From Telmatocola sphagniphila (GTDB lineage: Bacteria > Planctomycetota > Planctomycetia > Gemmatales > Gemmataceae), in contig NZ_CP074694.1 in assembly GCF_018398935.1 (NCBI RefSeq), forward strand, positions 870,001-902,000: DNA of 32,000 bases. The letters are read 5' to 3'. Each line of letters begins with the position of its first letter. Positions within the stretch are counted from its first letter, which is position 1. Shown piece by piece: positions 24,824-32,000 of the stretch. Both the position numbers and the translations under genes were made by a program. Under the pieces are notes generated by a model. It was not told the origin of the DNA, searched no databases, and saw only the letters and a program-made list of their open reading frames with translations.

Positions 24824-26578
24824 ATGGCCTATTTGATACTGCTCAAGTCCCCCGATGGGACAAATCAGGGTGAGCGGGTTAACCTGGCCCAGGATTTGGT
24901 GGTCTTAGGCCGCAGCCCGGAAGAGTGCGATATCGTCCTTCCGTTGAACGCCGTCAGCCGAAAGCACGCTCAGATTTCCTACGAAAGCGGCACTCATCAC
25001 ATCGAGGACCTCAACAGCCGCAATAAAACTTTCGTTAACAACAAGCAGATTGCAGGCCGCACGCCATTAAAAGACGGGGATGGCGTAAAAATCTGTGATT
25101 TTCTCTACTGCTATCGCGATGAGAGCAAGCAGGTCGTTAAGTCGAATTTACTCGAACTACCCAAGGATCTCCGCAAATTCGATGAATCGACCGATCTGAA
25201 TGCCAACGAAGATTTCTCCAGTACAACGGTCGAAGCGACTCTCAATCGAGGGCTGGCCTCGAACTTTTTGGAGACCCAGCCTTCCGAGAAACTGAGAGCC
25301 ATTCTTCACATTAGTGCCGCCCTCAGCAAGACGCTGGACATCAAGCTCCTTCTGCCGCAGATCGCCGATGAACTTTTCGCGATTTTTCGACAGGCCGACC
25401 GCTGTTTCATCATTCAGCTGGATGAGACCAATAATCAGCTCATTCCCGTCGTAATGAAAACGCGTCGGCCGATGCCGGGTGGTGATCGGTTCAGCCGGAC
25501 GATCGTTCGAAAATGCCTGGAATCCTTACAGTCTTATCTGAGCGAAGACGCTTCTTCGGATGCCAATGTGGGTTTAGCTCAGTCGATTGCGGAATTTCGC
25601 ATTCGCTCGGTCATGTGCGTTCCACTGGCTACCCAGGATGGCCAACCCCTGGGTGTTATTCAACTCGATAGCCAGGATCGAACTAAGAAGTTTAATCAAG
25701 AGGATCTGAAACTTCTGGTCTGCGTGGCCAACCAGGCCTCGGTCTCTCTGGAGAACGCCCGGCTGCACGAATCGCTGGTCAAACAGCAGAAACTGGAAGA
25801 AGAAAATAAAGCGGCCACCAAAGTTCAGCGCGGCTTCCTGCCGCAAAAATTCCCCAAACTGCTGGGCTACACTTTCTACGCTCATTATCTCGCAGCCCGT
25901 ACCGTGGGCGGGGACTATTACGATTTCATTGAATTGAATGATGGTCGCGTCGCCGTCTTACTCGGGGACGTTTCGGGTAAAGGGGTGCCGGCGGCCTTGC
26001 TCATGGCTCGATTGAGCGGCGAGGCGCGGGTTTGCATCCTGACCCAGAAGACGGTCGGTCAGGCCATCACCAAGTTGAACGAACAGTTGATGCAGGCCAA
26101 TCTCGAGGATCGTTATGTAACGCTGGCCGCCGTGGTGATCGATGCGGAGAAAAATGAAATTACCATGGTCAACGCCGGGCATCTGTCCCCCTGGATATAC
26201 CGGCACGCCGAGCAGAAGCTCGAAAAGTGCTTCGATAAGGACACAGGCGATTTTCCCATCGGTTGGGTGCCCGGATTCGAGTATTCCGAACACAAATTCG
26301 TTCTGGGGGAGGGGGACAGTTTCATCATGTTTACCGATGGAATTGAGGATGCCCAACCCGCAAATGGCGTGCGTTTTGGCACGGAACGTGTACAATCTAC
26401 TATCGAGCAGACGACCGTTACAGCCGGTCCGCTTACCGCCAAGGATATCGGAACGTTACTGATTAAGGCGGTACAAACGCATGCTGCGGGTCATCCGCAA
26501 TTTGACGATATCGCACTGGTATGTTTTGGTCGAGTTGACAAGGATTACGTGACTACGGCCTCATCTACGAAATATTAA
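24824..26578 (+). CDS. FHA-GAF-PP2C (SpoIIE/RsbU-type) serine phosphatase
   Basis: 584 aa. The N-terminal FHA domain includes LGRSPEECDIVLPLNAVSRKHAQI...NSRNKTFVN. A central GAF-like region follows. The C-terminal PP2C/SpoIIE motifs are GGDYYDF, LGDVSGKG, FTDG and DDIA. Confidence 0.85.
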   Translation: MAYLILLKSPDGTNQGERVNLAQDLVVLGRSPEECDIVLPLNAVSRKHAQISYESGTHHIEDLNSRNKTFVNNKQIAGRTPLKDGDGVKICDFLYCYRDESKQVVKSNLLELPKDLRKFDESTDLNANEDFSSTTVEATLNRGLASNFLETQPSEKLRAILHISAALSKTLDIKLLLPQIADELFAIFRQADRCFIIQLDETNNQLIPVVMKTRRPMPGGDRFSRTIVRKCLESLQSYLSEDASSDANVGLAQSIAEFRIRSVMCVPLATQDGQPLGVIQLDSQDRTKKFNQEDLKLLVCVANQASVSLENARLHESLVKQQKLEEENKAATKVQRGFLPQKFPKLLGYTFYAHYLAARTVGGDYYDFIELNDGRVAVLLGDVSGKGVPAALLMARLSGEARVCILTQKTVGQAITKLNEQLMQANLEDRYVTLAAVVIDAEKNEITMVNAGHLSPWIYRHAEQKLEKCFDKDTGDFPIGWVPGFEYSEHKFVLGEGDSFIMFTDGIEDAQPANGVRFGTERVQSTIEQTTVTAGPLTAKDIGTLLIKAVQTHAAGHPQFDDIALVCFGRVDKDYVTTASSTKY

Positions 26579-26670
26579 AGCTATGATGAGTAATAGGCCG
26601 GCTTCGAAAATCACATCATACCGGCGAGCTTGTTGATACCGTTCAGTTGAGGAAAGTGGAAAGCAAACTT

Positions 26671-26997
26671 ATGAGTGGCACCACCGTTCTGCCAGAATTG
26701 GAAGTGGAAGAGGAAGTACGGGTACGCAGGCAGCCCCCTTACCACGTAATTCTTCTGAATGATGACGACCATTCCTATGCTTACGTGATCGAAATGTTGC
26801 GGGAGTTGTTCGGTTACACGATCGAAAAAGGGTTTTTACTGGCCGAAGAAGTGGATAAAAAAGGTCGCGTTATTGTTTGCACGACCTCTCTGGAACGGGC
26901 GGAACTCAAGCAGGAACAGATTCATGCCTATGGTCCGGATCCGCTCATCGAACGCTGCAAAGGTTCGATGACCGCAATCATCGAACCGAGTGAGTGA
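26671..26997 (+). CDS. clpS: ATP-dependent Clp protease adaptor ClpS
   Basis: PPYHVILLNDDDHSYAYVIEMLRELFG...A is the classical ClpS core. ATG 26671 is preferred over TTG 26647. Confidence 0.9.
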   Translation: MSGTTVLPELEVEEEVRVRRQPPYHVILLNDDDHSYAYVIEMLRELFGYTIEKGFLLAEEVDKKGRVIVCTTSLERAELKQEQIHAYGPDPLIERCKGSMTAIIEPSE

Positions 26998-27005
26998 AAC
27001 CGGTC

Positions 27006-27578
27006 TCAGCTGGGGCCGGCCACTTTAACCGATTTGATCACAATGGGGGTCAAGGGCACGTCGCCATTACCGCCTTTGTTGCCCACTTCGACTGCCTTAA
27101 TCTTGTCCACGACGTCCATCCCCTTAATCACACGACCGAAGACCGCATAACCCACGCCATCCCGGGCGTTGGCTTTGTTCAGAAAATCGTTATCTTTCAC
27201 GTTAATGAAGAATTGCGAAGTCGCGCTGTCGGGAACGCCGGTGCGGGCCATCGCCAAGGTGCCGCGATCGTTTTTCAAGCCATTTGAAGACTCGTTCTTG
27301 ATGGGCGCTTTGGTCTTCTTTTCCTTCATATCCTTATCCATGCCACCGCCCTGGATCATAAAACCGTTGATGACGCGATGGAAAATCAAGCCGTCATAGT
27401 GCTTGTCATTCACGTAGCTCAGAAAATTCTTGACGGTGATCGGGGCTTTGTCTTCGAAAAGTTCGATCTCAATTTTCCCCAACGTGGTTTCCATCTCAAC
27501 GACTGGATTCGAAGCGTTGGCTGAGGAAATTCCTGTCATAAGAGCCCCTAAAGCGAATAAAATGTGAAACAGTTTCAT
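27006..27578 (-). CDS. Secreted peptidyl-prolyl cis-trans isomerase (cyclophilin type)
   Basis: [14 protein letters not shown] and the SQFFI cyclophilin motifs are present. The signal peptide is [25 protein letters not shown] 27578 lies 8 nt after AAGGAG and is preferred over 27584. Confidence 0.9.
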   Translation of the reverse strand: MKLFHILFALGALMTGISSANASNPVVEMETTLGKIEIELFEDKAPITVKNFLSYVNDKHYDGLIFHRVINGFMIQGGGMDKDMKEKKTKAPIKNESSNGLKNDRGTLAMARTGVPDSATSQFFINVKDNDFLNKANARDGVGYAVFGRVIKGMDVVDKIKAVEVGNKGGNGDVPLTPIVIKSVKVAGPS

Positions 27579-27710
27579 ACCCATAACTCCTTTAAGATCG
27601 GGTGTTGTCCAATTGCCATTTTAGATTCACCCAGCTTCAAGGAAATGGTTTTTATATTCAAACGCGGCAAAACCAGAAAAGAATTTGACGCGATTTCGAG
27701 AGCTGAAAAT

Positions 27711-29693
27711 ATGAAATTCCTCGTCATTTTTTTCTGCGGAGTCTTTTACGGCATGACTACTCCGGCTTTCGGCCAACCGACTTTCGCCCCCGCACCGCCC
27801 GCGCAGAAAGTTGACGAGACTGTACTAAAGAAAATCGAAGCGAAGCGTGAAGAACTACGCAAAGAGATCGCCAGCGTGAAAAACGGCGAACGGCGTACCG
27901 GCTACGCGGATGTCGCCATCTACCTCAAAGCTCTAGACTGGATCACCCGGCATAACGAATGGTTGGTGAAGGATAGCGACAAACAGGCTCTCGCCGTCGC
28001 CGAGGAGGGGTTAAAACGTTTTAAACTCTGGAAGGAAACTCTGGTTTCGGGGAAGGAATTCTTACCAACGGCCGGCAAAATCGTGGCTCGCGGTTACATC
28101 TCCAAAATCGATGGCTCAATTCAGCCTTATCTGGTCAGCTATCCCTCGGAATACGGCAAAGACCCGCAGCATAAATGGCGATTGGATATCTCGCTGCACG
28201 GCCGCGATGCCACGCTCACCGAAGTCAAACACCTGCTGGCGAACGGGAAAAATACCCCGAAAGATCAGGCCTATGTTCAGATCTCGATTTATGGCCGGGG
28301 GAACAACGCCTATCGCTGGTCGGGCGAAACCGATGTATTCGAAGCCTTAGAGGATTTTTTGAAGAGTGAGTCGCATTACGGCCGGAAGGAATGTTTCGAC
28401 CCGCAACGGATTGTCCTCAAAGGCTTCAGTATGGGAGGCGCTGGAACCTGGCATCTCGGTTTGCACTACCCCTCACTGTGGGCCGTCATGCAGCCAGGGG
28501 CCGGCTTCACCACCACGCACGGCTACGCGGATAAAAACCCAAATGATAAATACCAGTCCCCGATCGAGGAAACTCTAACGATCTATGATGCCGTGAACTA
28601 TGCCGAGAACGCCCGGATGATCCCCGTGGTCGCCTACAGTGGCGAGATCGACGGTCAGAAGAAGGCGGCCGATAATATCGAAGCCATTCTCAAGAAACTC
28701 GATATTCCCATGACCCATATCATCGCGCCGAAACTGGCTCACGTTCCGCCCAAAGGAGAATTCCTGAGTCGGATCGAATCGGAATTTGAAAAGTACATCG
28801 GACCGGGGAAGGGGAAGGATCTCTACCCCGAGGAAGTCAACTATGTGACCTATACGCTGAAGTATCCCAAAGCTTCGAGTTGGATCTTCCTGACGGGCTT
28901 GGACGAGCACTATAAAAAGGCCCGCATTCATGCGAGCCGACGCGGTAATGTCTGCACGATAACGACCGAGAATATCTCGAGTTTCGAGATTCCGCTGTCG
29001 GATTGCCCCTTCAAAATCTCGGAAGTGAAGATCGACGGACGGGAAGTTCCCATCACTACTGGTAAGACTCTCTGGTTTGAGAAGCGAGGTAAAGACTGGG
29101 AACAAAAATCGCGGGAATTGGATCTTCCCTATCCCGGACGGAAGACCGCTCATCATCAGGGCCCAATCGACGATGCTTTTACCAGTCCCTTCCTCTGTAT
29201 TCGACCCAGTCAGTCGGGTTATTCGGCAGAGACCGATACCGCCGTGAAGTCGATTCTGGCGCATTTTGGTAAGGATTGGGATAAGCAGCTGCGCGGCAAA
29301 TTGCCGGAGAAACTGGGGAAAGATTTATCCCCTGCCGATCTCGAAAAGAACCTGATCCTTTTCGGCGACCCGCAGAGCAATCCTCTCATTCGTCAGATTC
29401 TTGAGAAACTTCCGGTGAAATGGGATGCCAAGAAAATTCAAATCGGCGGCCAGGAATTCAGCAGTGCCGATCATCTCCCCGTACTGGTCTATCCGAACCC
29501 ACTCTCCCGGGGAAAGAGCTACGTGGTGATCAATAGCGGTCATACTTTTGGCGAAAAGGAATTCGAGGGCACCAATGCCTTGCTGTATCCTCGTATCGGG
29601 GACTACGGAGTTCTGAAGTGGAACAGCATGGATAAGAAGACAGAGACCGTCTTGAACGGCCTCTGGGATGAACGTTGGAGTTTGAAAAACTAG
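27711..29693 (+). CDS. Secreted alpha/beta-hydrolase (peptidase/esterase-like)
   Basis: I placed the start at ATG 27711, giving the signal peptide MKFLVIFFCGVFYGMTTPAFGQP. The nucleophile elbow is GFSMGG. The listed upstream extension (27564) overlaps the divergent PPIase gene start. Confidence 0.7.
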   Translation: MKFLVIFFCGVFYGMTTPAFGQPTFAPAPPAQKVDETVLKKIEAKREELRKEIASVKNGERRTGYADVAIYLKALDWITRHNEWLVKDSDKQALAVAEEGLKRFKLWKETLVSGKEFLPTAGKIVARGYISKIDGSIQPYLVSYPSEYGKDPQHKWRLDISLHGRDATLTEVKHLLANGKNTPKDQAYVQISIYGRGNNAYRWSGETDVFEALEDFLKSESHYGRKECFDPQRIVLKGFSMGGAGTWHLGLHYPSLWAVMQPGAGFTTTHGYADKNPNDKYQSPIEETLTIYDAVNYAENARMIPVVAYSGEIDGQKKAADNIEAILKKLDIPMTHIIAPKLAHVPPKGEFLSRIESEFEKYIGPGKGKDLYPEEVNYVTYTLKYPKASSWIFLTGLDEHYKKARIHASRRGNVCTITTENISSFEIPLSDCPFKISEVKIDGREVPITTGKTLWFEKRGKDWEQKSRELDLPYPGRKTAHHQGPIDDAFTSPFLCIRPSQSGYSAETDTAVKSILAHFGKDWDKQLRGKLPEKLGKDLSPADLEKNLILFGDPQSNPLIRQILEKLPVKWDAKKIQIGGQEFSSADHLPVLVYPNPLSRGKSYVVINSGHTFGEKEFEGTNALLYPRIGDYGVLKWNSMDKKTETVLNGLWDERWSLKN

Positions 29694-29696
29694 TGC

Positions 29697-30398
29697 TTAC
29701 TTGATGTAGAGACCTCGCCCGCAGTTGGGGCAGACCGTAAACTTCCCCGCCGTAATATCGTGAATGAACTGCTGGGTGACAGAAGTGTGGCAGAACGAAC
29801 AGGCACTGTTCTCCAGCGGGACCACGCATTCCGCGCTGAATGCTTTGACCAAGCGGTCGTAGAGCGGTCGAATGAGAGGATCGAGTTTTTTCTCTTCCAC
29901 GGTCAATTCGCCAGTCGATTTTTTGAGATCGGCCTGCAAGCGGGCCAGTCGATCCTTACCTTCGGCCTGATAGGTGATGAAATCCGCCTGTGCCTTTTTC
30001 AGTGCGGCGTCCAATTCGGGGATTTTGGCCTGCCGTTCCTCGATCTCGCTGATCAAGAGGATCGATTCTTCCTCTGTGGTCGCGATGGTCTGCTTGGTAT
30101 GCGCTATTTGATGGCTGAGGGCATCCATCTGTTTTTGTTCGCTGGCTTCGTTGAGCTGAGTTTCGTAGCGGGCCAGTTGCTGATAAGCCGTTTTGGTCGA
30201 AAGTTCTTTTTCTTTGAAGGTGACTTGAAGCTTTTTGAGCTCGTCGTGGGCAAGCTTCAAACCTGCTTCTTGCTTCTGAAGCTTGGTTTGATGGGCTTTT
30301 AGAACGCGGGGCCCGCGTTCTATCTCCGCCTGGAGGTCGCGAATAAAAATGCGGAGACGATGTATCTCCGCAAGTAGTGTTCCTAATTCTGTTGCCAT
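29697..30398 (-). CDS. Coiled-coil protein with a C-terminal C4 zinc ribbon (COG1579/DUF164-like)
   Basis: 233 aa. A long heptad-rich region is followed by CSFCHTSV...CPNCGRGLY. The gene lies 38 nt downstream of rpoD. Confidence 0.7.
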   Translation of the reverse strand: MATELGTLLAEIHRLRIFIRDLQAEIERGPRVLKAHQTKLQKQEAGLKLAHDELKKLQVTFKEKELSTKTAYQQLARYETQLNEASEQKQMDALSHQIAHTKQTIATTEEESILLISEIEERQAKIPELDAALKKAQADFITYQAEGKDRLARLQADLKKSTGELTVEEKKLDPLIRPLYDRLVKAFSAECVVPLENSACSFCHTSVTQQFIHDITAGKFTVCPNCGRGLYIK

Positions 30399-30436
30399 AT
30401 CTATTGATCTACAGGGGAGTTCAATTCCTGCAATCT

Positions 30437-32000
30437 TTACTTGTGGGAATTGTCCACGAAACCTTCCAGTTGGCGGCTTCGCACGGGGTGCTGAAGCTTC
30501 CGAACCGCTTTGGCTTCGATCTGCCGGACGCGTTCCCGGGTCACTTTGAAAATACGCCCAACCTCTTCCAGGGTATAGGTATAGCCATCCCCCAGCCCGT
30601 AGCGGAGCTTGATGATTTCCCGCTCCCGGTAGGTTAGCGTCTTCAGAACATGCTCGATTTTGTCCTTGAGCATTTCGGAAGTCGCGGCACTGACGGGAGA
30701 TTCCGCTCCCGGATCTTCGATGAAGTCGCCGAAGTAGCTGTCTTCGCTTTCTCCCACCGGCCGATCGAGGGAAATCGGGTGCCGGCTAATCTTGAGAACT
30801 CTCTTGGTTTCTTCGCAGGAAATACCCGCCTCGGCGGCCGTTTCCTCGATCGTCGGTTCGCGGCCCAACTGCTGAACCAGCTTCTTGGAGACGTTGCGAA
30901 GCTTGCTCATGGTCTCGATCATGTGAACCGGAATTCGGATCGTACGAGCCTGATCCGCGATGGCTCGGGTGATCGCCTGCCGGATCCACCAGGTCGCGTA
31001 AGTCGAGAATTTATAACCACGGCGATATTCGTATTTATCGACGGCACGCATCAGGCCGGTGTTGCCTTCCTGGATGAGATCCAGGAAACTAAGACCGCGG
31101 TTGCGATATTTCTTCGCAATGGAGACGACCAGTCGCAAGTTGCCGCCGGAAAGTTCTTTCTTCGCTTGTTCGTATTCGTCGAATCGCTGGTTCATCACTT
31201 CGACGCGGCGTTTGAGGGTTTCCGGCTCTTCGAGCGTCAACCGCATCAATTCGTGCATTTCCTTCGTCAACGATTCAATTTCGACCTGAGCGGATTTTTC
31301 CTTTTTGAGATCCTGGAGCTGGGATTCCAGTTCCTGCATGCGACGGCAGATCTGTTCCAGCTTCTTCATCAGCGGCTGAATTTTCTGCGTCCGAATGCTC
31401 AGTTCTTCCACCAGCGTGACGGTCTTGCGACGGCGAGCCTTAATTCGGCGACGCACTTCATCCCGCTGATCGTCCGAGATGCTGTTCTCGATCATCTTCT
31501 CGAATTCCTCGAGATTCTGGGACATCAGCGGTTCCAGAGTCTTGAGGTTGTGCGGCATGCGAGCGAGGATTTTTTCCTTCTCGAGATTTTCCGTCTGAGA
31601 GACTTTGACGGTTCGGTCGAATGGCAGTTCGCCGGTGTGAACGCGCTTGAGTGTATCGACGACATTGCGAAGTGCAAAATCGCATTCGAGCACCTTGCGG
31701 CGGAAGCGACGGCGCGTGACTTCAATTTTCTTGGCGAGGTTCAGTTCCTGGTTGCGGGAGAGCAGGGGAATTTCGCCCATCTGCGTCAGGTACATCCGAA
31801 CCGGATCGTCCGTCCCTTTACCATCCCCTTCCTCGAAAACCGTTAATTCGGCTTCGCGGGAAAGATCTTCCTCGCTCAGGACCGGGGTGATACCCAGTTC
31901 TTCGACCTGATCGTCTTCGATGATACTGATGCCGGCTTGTTCCAGCATTTCGAGTATCTTGTCGAGGCGTTCGGGTTCGATCGTATCGGGGGGAATTTGG
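30437..32000 (-). CDS. rpoD: RNA polymerase primary sigma factor RpoD (5' end beyond the window)
   Basis: Region 2 reads [56 protein letters not shown], region 3 follows, and region 4 reads [15 protein letters not shown]...[20 protein letters not shown]. The frame stays open upstream of the listed ATG (31948) up to the window edge (…[20 protein letters not shown]). Confidence 0.92.
   Translation of the reverse strand, partial: QIPPDTIEPERLDKILEMLEQAGISIIEDDQVEELGITPVLSEEDLSREAELTVFEEGDGKGTDDPVRMYLTQMGEIPLLSRNQELNLAKKIEVTRRRFRRKVLECDFALRNVVDTLKRVHTGELPFDRTVKVSQTENLEKEKILARMPHNLKTLEPLMSQNLEEFEKMIENSISDDQRDEVRRRIKARRRKTVTLVEELSIRTQKIQPLMKKLEQICRRMQELESQLQDLKKEKSAQVEIESLTKEMHELMRLTLEEPETLKRRVEVMNQRFDEYEQAKKELSGGNLRLVVSIAKKYRNRGLSFLDLIQEGNTGLMRAVDKYEYRRGYKFSTYATWWIRQAITRAIADQARTIRIPVHMIETMSKLRNVSKKLVQQLGREPTIEETAAEAGISCEETKRVLKISRHPISLDRPVGESEDSYFGDFIEDPGAESPVSAATSEMLKDKIEHVLKTLTYREREIIKLRYGLGDGYTYTLEEVGRIFKVTRERVRQIEAKAVRKLQHPVRSRQLEGFVDNSHK

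Noticed and set aside
27564-27710. N-terminal extension of the hydrolase ORF
   Set aside because: It overlaps the divergent PPIase start. ATG 27711 yields a clean signal peptide.
30650-31846. 398-aa ORF on the plus strand
   Set aside because: It is antisense to rpoD, whose identity is unambiguous. It is a shadow ORF.
1-32000. Search for CRISPR arrays, IS elements, integrases, prophage genes and long tandem repeats
   Set aside because: I saw no regularly spaced direct repeats, no transposase or integrase-like ORFs, and no long terminal inverted repeats. The only repeat structures are short operator- or terminator-scale elements, reported above.

Overview
The window is a 32-kb chromosomal segment of about 52-53% GC. 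I call 29 protein-coding genes and one tRNA, tightly packed on both strands. I found no CRISPR array, no IS or transposase, and no integrase.

Gene content resembles a Planctomycetota-type genome, but this is inference only. The clues are an FHA-GAF-PP2C phosphatase, an ECF sigma/anti-sigma pair, many signal-peptide proteins of unknown function, a giant Pro-linker-rich envelope protein, and frequent weak Shine-Dalgarno (SD) sites.

Recognisable genes, left to right:
- the 3' part of an AbiEii/AbiGii-type nucleotidyltransferase toxin gene, cut by the window edge
- an adjacent type IIA topoisomerase pair, A subunit then B subunit
- an acidic/basic low-complexity protein
- a minus-strand operon: kdsD, kdsC, a 189-aa secreted protein, a 1169-aa membrane-anchored protein, corA
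- pyrG
- a secreted cupredoxin-like protein
- an IMPase-family phosphatase, a ROK kinase and tRNA-Leu(CAA)
- rfbD
- feoA, feoB and a Cys-rich mini-protein, behind a near-consensus promoter with Fur-box-like palindromes
- a small protein, an ECF sigma and an anti-sigma, divergent from the FHA-GAF-PP2C phosphatase
- clpS, a secreted cyclophilin, an alpha/beta hydrolase and a COG1579 zinc-ribbon coiled-coil protein
- rpoD, 5'-truncated by the right edge

The most interesting candidate is the 1169-aa protein. It occupies the position that lptC-lptA hold in the classical kdsD-kdsC-lptC-lptA-lptB cluster. Its sequence reads like several OstA/LptA-type segments joined by proline-rich linkers. That suggests a covalently concatenated LPS-transport bridge, a hypothesis that needs structure prediction or HMM confirmation.

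All functional calls rest on motif recognition by eye. No database search was possible.
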